A stretch of DNA of 64,000 nucleotides from Cycas panzhihuaensis (Eukaryota; Plantae; Cycadophyta): assembly GCA_023213395.1 (NCBI GenBank), contig CM041465.1, forward strand, positions 172,801,741 to 172,865,740, given 5' to 3'. The notes below the pieces were generated by a model. That model searched no databases and was not told where the DNA came from. It saw only the letters and a program-made list of their open reading frames with translations. A program made the translations under genes and the position numbers. Below, in pieces: positions 1-11,900 of the stretch. Position 1 is the stretch's first letter, and each line of letters begins with the position of its first letter.

Positions 1-2303
1 AAAGACATATTGGAGATGGTAGGAGGTAAAGAAATGTATTAATTTATAAATGGATTTAGTGGATATAATCAGGTTTAGATTATTCTAGAGGATTATGCAA
101 AAATAACTTTTGTAATTAGAATGGGGGACATATGCCCATATCACTACACCCTTTGGTTAACCAATGTGCCAATAACATTTCAATGCATTGCAATCAATTT
201 CTTTAGGAAGATGATAAGGGATAAAGTGGTATTATTCCTAAATGATTAGACTTTATGGAATTATAAAGAATCACATGAAAATTTAAGAGAAATATTACAA
301 ACATAAAGAGCAACTAATCTCTACTTAAATCTAAGTAAAGAAGGCTTATTGATAGATCTACCAAAAGTGTTTACATCTTACATTTTTCAACTCTAGCAAT
401 ACAAAAGTAATTAAAAGGAATTTTGGGACTGATTAGATATTATAAAAAAAATTTCAAGGGATATTCATACATATTAAGAACTTTAGAGGATCTACTGAGG
501 AAAGATATAGAATAAGAATGGGGAGTATAGTAATAACAATCATTTGAGTCCTTAAAGCAAGTAATAACATCTTGACCTATTCTTTAATTCTCTAGTTGGA
601 ATAAGATATTTCATTTGTATGTGGATACTTCATAGTATGCCATTGGGTACATACTAAAACAACTAAAGGAAAGAAATATTGATCATCCTATATATTTTGC
701 AAGTAGAAATTTAATAAGAGCCAAACAAAATTTTATAATAACTAAGAGAGAAGGCCTATGGATGGTATATTCCTTATAAAAATTTTGAGATTATCTATTA
801 TCAAATCTATTTATTTTCTATACAGACCACTAGACATTTATGTATCTTGTGAATAAGCCAATATTGAGAGCATGCATTAGTAAGTGGCTAATGTTGTTTT
901 AGGAATATATATTTAAGATCATGGTAAAACATAGAAAAGCACATGTACTTCTTAACTAATTATTTAGAATTAAAAATAGGGAAAAAGCCATAAGAATACC
1001 TGCTAATTTCTTAGATGTAACATTATACTGTATAGAAACAATTTCAACTAAGTGGTATGAAGGGATTCTAGAATATTTAGTAACATGGGAGTTTCTACTA
1101 AAATTAGATAAAATAGAAAGAAGATAAATAGTATTAAAAGCAAAATACTATGAACTAATTCAAGGCAAATTCTATTGCTTAAGACTAGATAATGTGTTAC
1201 GTCATTACATAAAGCCACATTAGATAAAATAAATAATAATCTAAGCCTATGAAGGAGTGACATGAGGACATATAGGCAAATAAGCAACATGGAGGATAAT
1301 ATTGATAGCCAAATTTTAGTAGCCAACAACGTTCAAAGATATAAAGAATTGAACAAAAAAATATAACTTCCATTAGAGAATAGGAAAAATAAGTTAGTAA
1401 GATGTTTAGTCATTAAATTCAATATTACCCTTAACAACATTTAAGAAGTGGGCTCTTGATTTTATTGGGCCTATTCGACCAATAGTTTAACAATATCAAG
1501 CTAGATATATATTAGTATTCACATATTACATGACCAAATGGGTAGAAGTAAGACCGCTAAGAAAAGAAGATGCAGATAGCACAACAAGTTTTTTACATGA
1601 AGTAATCATAATACGATATGGTTACCCCTTAGAAATAATAAGTGATTAATGATCATATTTTTTGAATTAAGTGATGGAAGAGTCAATGTCAAAATTTCTA
1701 ATCAGTCACTACAAATCCACATCTTACTACCCTAAAGCCAACAAATAAGCAAAAGAATTGAATTAGATTATTAAGAATTATTTACAAAAGATTTATGGTA
1801 TGGGAAGATTAAACTAGGAAAAAAAGCTACCATCAATATTATGGGATTTTCGTATAACTTATAAATGGGAAACAAGACAAAAACCATTCTAATTAGTTTA
1901 TGGGATAGAAGGAATCATTTTAATTGAATTTGAGATTCCAAGCCTTTAAGTGGCTATGACTTGTTAATTAAATGATATAGATTCACTACATAAATGATTA
2001 CGACACTTATTATAATTAGAAGAAACTCAATATAAAGTAAAGTAGATATAAAATATCAAGAAAATATGACAAAAAGTATGTAATGACCACTACTTAAAGA
2101 CACCCCAATTCAAGGAAGAAGACTAAGTATTGCTATATGATAATAAGTTTCATACAAACCTCAAAATATTGAAGAAGAGGTGGCATGGGCCATATATTAT
2201 GGATAAGATTTTTACTAATGGTTTAGTCTAATTAAGGAAGATTAATGGATTGCAATTACTAATAGTGATAAATGGCAATTAATTGAAACCCTACCATAAC
2301 TAA
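1..2303 (+). mobile_element. Degenerate Ty3/Gypsy (Athila/Tat-like, non-chromovirus) pol remnant: RT-RNaseH-integrase, runs off the window start
   Basis: Manual translation through stops gives 'DILEMVGGKEMY*FINGFSGYNQV' (RT), an RNase H region with 'HPIYFASRNL' and 'TKREGLWMVYSL', integrase 'KWALDFIGPI' and 'YMTKWVEV', and the terminal 'NGN*LKPYHN*' typical of Athila-type integrases. Many stops and frameshifts. Confidence 0.88.
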
Positions 2304-2469
2304 TATAGAAAAAATCTACCAAGGGAATTAATTTATTATATCATAACATATTGTTTAAAGTTGGAGATAACCAAGGTTGTCTTGATGCTAGAATATGATT
2401 CTAGTCTAATACATAAAAATAAAAATACAAAAAAAATTAGAAAAAAAGATCATAACTCAAGTCATATAT

Positions 2470-5400
2470 GACTAGAGATAGAAATCCAGGGCTCTTTGGT
2501 TGGTAGAAGGTGACAGGAATACAAAAATTTTCCATATAACTACAGTTAAACATAGAGCTAGCAATGGAATTACTAGTCTTCAAAAGGAAGATGGCTCGGT
2601 TGTTAACTCGACTGAAGGAATGAAGGAGTTGGCCAGTGACTACTTCAAGGATCTATTCACTGAACCCCAGGATGGGGACATGGATAGCAGAAGAGACTTC
2701 CAAAACAACATCCCCAGGCTGGTGAATGAAGCTCAAAATGCGTAGCTGACTGCTCCGTTCACTCTGGAGGAAGTCAGGGTGGCTCTCTTCGGCATGAAAA
2801 AAGATAAAGCTCCTGGCCCTGATGGTTTTCCTATGGGTTTCTTCCAAGAGTATTGGGATATTATTAAAGGATACTTAATGGAAGCTTTGTAGGAGTTCTA
2901 TGCAAATAAAAAAATACTGCAGGAATGGCAGACTACATTCCTTGTCCTCATTCCTAAAAAAGAAAGAGTGAAAAGGATGGAAGAGTTTCGTCCCATCAGT
3001 CTTTGTAATGTTAAATACAAGATTTTAACCAAGGTCCTGGTCAATAGACTGAAGAGAATTATACCAAACATTATCTCCCACAACTAGGATGGGTTCCTTC
3101 GAGACAGGCAGATTTATGATGGATATATTGTTGTCCATGAAATAATTCACTCAGCTACTGAAAGGAAGGAGCCTGCGATGCTCATCAAGATTGATCTCAC
3201 GAAGGCCTTCAATAGAGTCTCCTGGGAATGCCTGATAAATTGCCTAGAGGCATTTGGCTTTGGGGAACCTTGGCGGTCTTAGATTAAGCTATGTATTGGC
3301 AATCCTCAATTCTCTGTTATTATCAACGGTTCATCTTCGAGGTTCTTCCCCGGATTTAGGGGGTTGAGGCAAGGAGATCCCCTTTCTCCCTTCTTATTCA
3401 TCACGATGGTCGAAGGTCGAAAGCGTAACCCTGGAGTCCGCTAGGAGGCTTGGGTTCTTAAACGGCATCAAACTAACATCAGGGGTGGATAATGTGGTTC
3501 ACCATCAATTTGTAGACGACAATATCTTTCTTGGGAAAGTGACTATAAGGGAGGCTTCCATATTTAAAGAGATCCTGGGGCTTTTTGAGAAGGCCACGAA
3601 CTAGAAGATAAGTCTTAAGAAGAGCAACGTCTTTTTCTTAAATACCCTGGGATATATCCAAGGCAGGATTAGTAGAATCTTAGAATGGACATCAAAAAGC
3701 TTCCCACAATTTATCTAGGTTTGCCCCTTTTTGTCGGTAAGATGTCCAAAGATATGTGGAACCCTCTTATAGATAGGATGCAAAGAAAGTTATCGGGTTG
3801 GAAAGGTGCCCTCCTAAGCCTAGCTAGAAAACTCTAGCTAGTTGCTTCTACCCTTCAAAGCATCCCAGTGTTTTGGATGTCCATCTTTAAGGTTCTACCT
3901 GGTATCTTAGACATTATTGAATCAATCCAAAAAAGTTTTCTTTAGTATGGGATATAAAGTAGAGACATGATTCATTTGGTGAGTTGGAGCAAAGTATGCA
4001 CTTCGAAATGGGTCGGTGGTCTCAATTTGCGAAGGCTCCCTCTCTTCAATGTCACCCTTGGGGCAAAGCTTAGGTGGAGATTACTCAAAGGTGGGGAAAG
4101 ACTTTGGGAGAGGATCCTTTCTAGAAAATACATTCAGGGGGGCTCCCTTTTGGATAGTAGTGTATCATTGGTTGGCTCTACCATCTGGAGGAGCATCCTT
4201 AAAGCTTGGGTAGTTATCAGGGATGGCTTAAAATGGAGACTGGGTGATGGCAATTCCATCAGATTCTGGGAAGATGTGTGGTGTTGTGGCAAGCCTCTAA
4301 AGGAGTTTCCAGACCTGGTGCCTTTAATGGGACCTTATGTTAGGCAATATAGCAAAATGATTAAAGATTACTGGTCTGGGAGAGAAGGGAGCAGGACCTG
4401 GAGGAATTTTGAAGATATCCATGGGATAGGCAGCCTGTAGGAGGGTCTTAATAAGATTAAAAGGTTTCTAGGGAAGAGTTATATCCCTAGAACTCCTTCG
4501 CAGGATTCAATGGTGTGGCCCTTGAGCTCGTCAGGGGAGTACACAGTGCAACAGGGTTACCAGTACTTATGCTTGAAAAGAGGGGACAAGAAAAACCCAT
4601 TGCTGGAAGGCGTCTGGAGGCTCCCCCTCATTCCGAAAATAACTCTCTTCTGGTGGACCTGTCTTATGAACAAAATTCTCACTGTAGATAACCTACAAAA
4701 GTGAGGCTTTATGTTGGCTAACAGATGTATTTTATGCTGTAAAGGAGAGGAATCCATTGATCACATCATCCTTGAGTGCCCTTTCACAAGGGAAGTATGG
4801 AGGATGTTGCTTGGAAAGTTGGAAGTGTGCTGGACATTCTTGCAAAAGACAGCTGACCTCTGGCTTACTTGGCAAAGCCCATTCAAAAGTAATACTCTCA
4901 GCTGCATCTAGAAGAATATGCTCCCAATTTTGGCATGGAATACCTGGAAAGAAAGGAACAGTAGAATTTTCCAGGGAAAAGAGAAGGACCAGATGGCCGT
5001 CTATAATAAAATCTATTCGGACATCAGAGAAAACGTTGGAAACGTTAAAGAAAAATGCATATCCCTGACAGAGAGTAGGATTTTGCTCAAATGGGGCATA
5101 GAACCTAAATTCGTGGAGTCTAAGCCCAGAAGTACTAGATGGATCCCTCCAGAGGAGCCCTGGATCAAAATTAATTTTGACGGGGCAGCGAAAGTGAACC
5201 CATGTGAAGTCGGGGGTGGGGGAATCTATAGGGATAGCAAAGGCTCTCCCATTTGGGCCTTTGCGGATTATTATGAGAACCAAACGAACAACTATGCGAA
5301 AATGCATGCCATGCTTAAAGCCCTCGACTTAGCCTGCATAGGGGGCATTCAGAGGTTGGTGATTGAGGGGGATTCAGAGGTTGTTTTAAACTCGCTAAAA

Positions 5401-5785
5401 GGTGAGGCCCTTCCGAATTTGAGATTTCAGGCCATAATCAAAGATGCCAAAGAGATCATTAAAGGTTTGCCGGACATCTGTATAAGACACACTCTGAGAG
5501 AAGGCAGTAAAGTAACAGATTTTTTAGTAAATTGGGGGGTGAGGAACAAGAGGAGTCAAGTGTGGAGATGTGATTTCCCTAGGGACCTTCTGGCTCTAGT
5601 TGACAAGGATTTGATCTGTAGTAGCTAGCTATGGGGCTTGTCCCAGCATTCTAGTCCTCTTGCCTAAACCGTGGGGTTGTCACAGTTAACTTTGAGTTGC
5701 CATTTTATTTACTTTTTGATGTACTAGGTTGTGGGATCCTGTTTTCAAACCCACTTTAATTCATTTTATTTTACCAAAAAAAAAA
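2470..5785 (+). mobile_element. 5'-truncated L1 LINE (ORF2: RT, zf-RVT, C-terminal RNase H) with poly(A) tail and TSD
   Basis: Motifs KSRALWLVEGDRNTK, KAPGPDGF, FRPISLCNVKYKI, GLRQGDPLSPFLF, FVDD, C-C-ESIDHI..C and WIKINFDGA..EGDS..H.LREG. A10 at 5776-5785. TSD aagtcatatat at 2459-2469 and 5784-5794. Confidence 0.95.
4918..5628 (+). pseudogene. Still-open 236-aa C-terminal segment of L1 ORF2 containing the RNase H-like (RVT_3) domain
   Basis: ORF track shows WNTWKERNSRIF, WIPPEEPWIKINFDGA, LVIEGDSEVV and HTLREGSKVTDFL; the upstream part of ORF2 is broken. Confidence 0.85.
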
Positions 5786-5861
5786 GTCATATATCTAAAT
5801 AAAATTATCATATAGTAAAATATTAAAAAACAAAAAGGAAAAGGGAGAAAATTTATTTAAA

Positions 5862-5884
5862 AGAGAGAGAGAGAGAGGTGGGGG

Positions 5885-5979
<95 letters not shown>

Positions 5980-6000
5980 TGTATGTATGTATGTATGTAT
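5862..6000. repeat. Compound microsatellite (AG)n, (AT)33, (GTAT)12
   Basis: Directly visible: AG run ~5862-5877, AT run 5887-5952, GTAT run 5953-6000. Confidence 0.98.
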
Positions 6001-6419
6001 GAGGCAAGTTTTGAAGTAAATTTTCTTTCAAAATACATTATACATTCCAAAAGGAATGATATCGAGAACACACAAAATAAAGGAATGCAGAGTGTAATTT
6101 TACACTATATGTTCCTGTGAGAATTTGAATGGGAATACATATGAAGATTAAAGGCAAATACCTAACTCAAATTTTCTTATTTCAATAAGAGCAAGTTCTA
6201 AAGTGATCAACATAACCATGTAAAAGTATTTTAAGCAAATTAGTAAGGAGTAAAGCATCTAAATTAACATACATTCTAAAGGCAAACACATGAAATATAT
6301 GTCAATTCTTTTTGCTAATAAACCCTTATTTTTATGTTTTATCTCATTAGTGTTAGATATTGCTTATTATTTTTTCCACTCTATCTAATATAAGAATCAT
6401 AGAATACTAGGTAAATTAT

Positions 6420-7790
6420 CTACTAAAATTAAGGGTCAAATTAAATAGATTGTTAACATCTTTTAGGGCCAAAGTTTAATAGGTATGTTAGGAAGAATAT
6501 ATTTATTTGGCTCCACTATATTGGGACCCATAATTAGTGGAACATATATTATTGGAATTGAAGAAAAATATAAGGTGGATTTAACTAAATAATAATATTA
6601 TGCATTCACTCATAGGACTTCCCAAGGAAGGGGGCATTCCAATTAATATCAAAATTTTAGAGGTTGTTTGAGAGATTTAGGTTTTTGAAATATACAAAGA
6701 ATATACCTAAATATTTTCTAATGGAATTTAAATTATAGACATCAAGAATGCGAGGCTACAATGGGTGGCAAAAGTAATTGTCACCTAATTCTTATCTAAA
6801 TAGAAGTATATCTACATTCTAAGGGGAATGATGTCTATAATTGCATAAGTCCATGAGGAAGTTTAATTGAATTGGTTTAAAATTCTAGTAATGAATATGA
6901 AGAAATAAAGTATATGAATAACCATTCCTTCCTTCCAACATCCTTCATTACTTTTAGCCATCCTTTTACATCAATGCCTATGAGCACAACTAATATAATA
7001 ACCCATTTAACAAGATGGTCCATTAATAAAATAATAGGTGCCAACATTTCCAAAAATATTTAGGATATAGATATAAAATAAAAAGTGAAAAAATAGATGA
7101 CAAAGGTACTTAAATGGCTATCAAAAGAACCAAGTATCCCTATTCATTATTACTCCAAATAGGTGATGAAAAAGAGTACTAAATAAAGACGTGAGGTAAC
7201 ATAGGAGGAAGAAATAGAATCAAAGTCCTCATTGGAGGAAGGGGCACTAGTAAAGGAAAAATTTCCTCCAATCATAAAACCAAGAGAGATATTCTCTTAG
7301 TAATAATTTTCTATGAAGGGAAAAAATCTATAAATCATTTAAATGCTGGAAGGATTAGAGGTGGATTACAAAGTAGAGATTCCAACTCGTAAAAAAAAAT
7401 TAAAAAATAAAGATGTTATCATTACCACCCTCACATAAATTAATGAAGACATATTGAAGGACAATGAAATTAAGAGAGATATAGTGTAGTAGGAGTAACT
7501 TTGATTTAGAGTAGGAGGGAGAAAGAAAAAGCGAAAGTTTTAAATTTTAAGTAAGAATGCTCAACTATTTTTGTTGACCCAAGATAAATATTGGGGTAAA
7601 ATCTAGTGCCTATATACCTAGACATTGGAAATTTAACAAAATATATCTAGCATAACCTAATGAGTGTAAGAATGCATCAACTAAGGATTGTATAGAAGAA
7701 TGCATGATAAAATCCAAAGGAAATTATTGAAAGAGAGCTCTTAGAGAATTCTTAATAAGGTGTATTCTAGAATGGAATATAATATGACCC
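6420..7790 (+). pseudogene. Relic of an extra (env-like/PMD-like) ORF downstream of the Gypsy pol; boundaries approximate
   Basis: Reads 'IMHSLIGLPKEG' (~6600) and 'IDIKNARLQWVAKVIVT*FLSK*KYIYILRGMMSIIA*VHEEV*LNWFKILV' (6735-6890) with stops at Q-like codons, then a charged low-complexity stretch. The position 3' of integrase fits Athila/Tat extra ORFs. Confidence 0.45.
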
Positions 7791-8585
7791 AAAACACACA
7801 TGGAATGCATCTCAAAGAATGCATGGAACATGCAAATCAATTGAAAAGATACATTTTCAGATTTACTGATGTCATTAATGGATATGCATTTGTGTAGTTA
7901 TACAATTAAAACATTATAGTAAGAGGCATAATTAATGAGTTATTATGAAAAGGTATGTTTTGTTATAGAAAGAAATGATTGTGACCATCAATCATAACCA
8001 TTCCTTAAAAGGCATGTATTTAGCTATTTATTGGTCATTTCTCTATCATTTCGATATGAGAGGCAAGCAATTGAGTCTTGTGTTTTATTCTCAATGATAT
8101 AAAAGCCAAGTATATTGTAATGGTGATAATGCTCTAGTGAGAAGAAGTTATATTATGATGTATAATTAACCTAAACAATGATATTGCTTAATGAAATTGA
8201 GAGTTATGTGGAAACAATGTATATTGTATATGATTATGATTGATGTATGATATCATACTTGATGTTATGATTAATGATAAAGTTATGATATTGTGATTAT
8301 GTTATATAAATGGAATTGTGAGTAGATATAGTGGGTGTAGATATATTATGAGATTGATATGTTAACTAAACCTTGGATAGACTATTAGAAGTGGCCCTTA
8401 ATAAGTGTACTCTTTAAGAGGGAGAAAGTTAAGTCAACAATAATCACAAAATAATGAAAGGATTATTAATAACTTTATTGCACCTTTATTTGATCAATAT
8501 GAAGATGTTTTTCTCTAAGACTTACTAAAGAATTTACCTATTCACAAGCAAGTTGATCATAAGTAAATATTATAAGAGGGGCCAA

Positions 8586-8918
8586 TGTTAAGAATAATAT
8601 TTACTTCAAGTATTTAGTATTTATAAAGGTGTATTTTCTCACATATGTATGAGCATGTAACCCCCATTCTTAAGTATTATGACTCCCATGTACTTTATAA
8701 CTCCTTTCTATTTTTATATGTTCTCTTTGTGATCGTGAGTATTGATCATATATAAATTTATATCATAGTTATTTATATTTATTAATGATAATTAAAAATT
8801 CATTCAAGTTTTGACCATATACTTGCATACTTTGTAATTGATGTAGTTGTCTCTATGTTTGTGTTATTACTCTATCAAAATTATGATAGTGTATGTTTTT
8901 TAATTCAAGTTTCTAACA
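8586..8918 (+). repeat. 5' LTR of Copia-1
   Basis: TGTTA...TAACA, followed by a PBS-like sequence; aligns to 26386-26713 at roughly three-quarters identity by eye. Confidence 0.9.
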
Positions 8919-11900
8919 TGGTATTTGAGAAATGATGTTTTTGCAATTGTGTAAGTTTAAAAAGGGTAAACATTTACTATTTGTGTCTGTAAGAGTGTGA
9001 CAGTTCTCGATGCCATCTAACACTTAATTTTTCTAGTAGTTCAAAGTTGAAGAAAGGAGAATGAGATACATTGCCAAAATTCATGAGTATTGTTATTTCA
9101 TATCATGTAATTCATCTTTATTCCTTGTTTGAAGATTGCTTTTCTAGTTTTGATAGCATTAGCCATGCTTTTATGTACTTAGAACCTTATTTTTTAAGAA
9201 TTATTTGCTTTTCAAGGATGTTCTCTATGTTATCTATTAAGGTTTTGTACACAAGTCTATTCTATATTTTTACTGAGTACAAACTCAATGGGGCACTTGA
9301 TCTCTAAGTTGCGCACTACTTTCAGATGTGATAAGATTATTGGGTGATTTTGAGATCATTTCTTGAGTTTTATAGTTTATAATTAATCCTAAACACTTTG
9401 TAAATTCTTTGGCATACTATTCTCTCTCTATTCAGAGCATTTTTGAAGTGAAATTTTAAATTTTAACAGCCTTACATAGTCGCATACTTCAACCCATAAC
9501 AATAGTAATTTATTCATTAAATTTAATTTTTTTGATGGAAAATTTTATTGTGATTTTTATTTAATCATACAAGTTGTGTTGTGTAGATTTTTTAACATAG
9601 ATCTAAGCTTAAATTTACCTCTCGAAGCTTCAATTGATCAATTTAATCAAATTTTCATTCAAAACAATAGGGTGGATTTGTAAAAGATTAATGCAAGTTG
9701 ATTTATATTTGATAAATCATTTATGTTGTAGAGTTTTTAAGAAATTTAACTAAAATATATTATGTTTGAAGTCTGCACCTTCTAAGATCTCAACCCCTAG
9801 TTTTGTGGTGGCCGCACATGATTCTATCTTAGCAAAAAAGGAGCTAAACCCTACAACTTACCTTTTTTATTATTTTTCTAATATTTTTAAGACTACAAAT
9901 TATAGAGGATCACTTCAACATTTTATTTCTTGATTAGGCAGTCTAATTTGTACATTTTAAATCCATGTTAATTTAAACCTACATTAAAATTAAAATTCTA
10001 AAAGTCTTTCTATAGTCTTTTTACACATAAATTCCATTTCTAACTCCTTGTGAGATAACCAACAACTTTAACTTCTTTGATCCCCTACATGTTGTCCAAA
10101 TTTATATAAAATTTGCTTTAAATTTACTCCTTCTGTGGTGACCAATACACATTTCTTATTTTATTAAATGACAAGTGTAAGCATCTTTAGGTTTATGTTA
10201 CTAAATACCCATAAGTGGAATGGATAGAATTATGTAAGTTGGAAATTTAAGGTTTACAAAATCTTAATAGTAAGAAATATAATTAAAGTAGTTAATGGGA
10301 TAAGGGCACTTAAGCATTAACAAATCAAGATTAACTCAAGGAATTTCAAGAGAAGGACTAAGAAACACAAGGAATCATTGAGATATATATCTCAAATGAC
10401 TTCATTATTCATGTACAAGGGGAAACCACATCTTAAGAGGCTTGGCAAATTTTACAATTTTTGTATGAGTTAAATAATATGAACTATGACTTATATCTTA
10501 GAAACGAATTATATTCCTCAAGATAGGATCCACAATGTTTATAACTCAATATGTCAAAAAATTAAAAAAAAATTAAAGATCAATTAATAGTTATAGGAGA
10601 GGAGGTCACTAATGAAGAGTTTTATTTATCACCCTAAATAGTTTAGATTACGAGTTTTATGTATTTGTAACAAGTTTGATTATGGTAGAAAGAACTTTAC
10701 TAATATCATTTGAACAGTTGTGGGTTGTTGTTATATGAAGTATAATGAACATCTTTCTATGATGATAGAGATGATGTAGCCTTGAAAGCAAAAGCTAAGG
10801 GCAAGTGGACACAAAAAAGACATATTTACTAAGACTCTTATACTTCACCTTCTTTTTATCATAAAGCATATGGGAAAAATAAATCTAAATAAAAAAATAT
10901 TTAACACTTGCACTTACAACTACATTATCAACAATAATAAAAGAAATCCGCTTATTTTTATTGCAGTAAATAAGGATAGATTGTTAATAGTTTCTTTAAA
11001 AGGGAAGTTGATAAGAGTTTTAAAGAATAGCAAGGAACTTGTCTTTTGAAGAAGATAAGGAAATCTATTTAGTCTTTATGGTTATTGTGCCTAAGATAAA
11101 AGAGGGAGAGACTTAGTTGCTAGATGTAGAGACAAATAAACACATATTCATTAGACAAACTAGTTTTAGAAGATAGATAGTCATAATTGGATGGTCTTAT
11201 TAGTGTACAATTACAAGCATTGAGTTGAAGGATAAGGTAGTGTCCTTTTGAAGACTAGTGATGGGTTCTAGAAATAAAGAATATTCTATATATCCCCATA
11301 TTAAAAATAACTTATTATTTGCTAATCAAATAACCAAAATAGACCTTAAGGTTGAATTTGTCAAAAATATTGTATACTTGTAGGGAGTTTTCATGTGTGA
11401 AGCATTGAGAAGAATTTTTGGAAGCAGTAAGCTAAGGTTTACCGATCGACAAGGGGTGACAGATAACAAGATTTCAACCCAGGTCAAAGGTGGTCTCAGG
11501 GGAGAAGCATGACACCCCAACTCGCATGATGGAGTAGGCCAGAAAGGAGCTAGTTACAACCTCAAACATAGGGATTGATCTAAATGTTCAAAGGAGAAAT
11601 AGTGATTCTTAATCCAGGCTCAAGACGAGGTTAGGGTTCTAGTATGTTTATGTTTCATCATTTATTTATTTCCTAGAGGAGAATCTCGTGGGTTTGGCTA
11701 TAGAGGAAGAAAGATTGGGAGGAAGCCCTATTCATGGGGGAGACATGAAGGATCTAAAGGATGTAAAACACACAGACTTTGTATGCCAGTGTGATCTCTT
11801 ATCAGAGAATAAACAGACATCGAGACAACTATTAGGAGGAGAAAAGGTTAAAGGCAGGGCTAGAAGGATGATAGAACATAAAGTTTTACCATATTATCTA

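Noticed and set aside
4732-5307. 191-aa minus-strand ORF
   Set aside because: Antisense shadow of the L1 RNase H region; no independent motif.
5795-6120. Three ORFs rich in YI/HTYI
   Set aside because: Translation artefacts of the AT/GTAT microsatellite; the same applies to the tail of ORF 38917-39192.
7869-8403. 5' LTR of the split chromodomain Gypsy
   Set aside because: LTR-like composition, but I could not align it to the 3' LTR at 29420 and found no convincing PBS.
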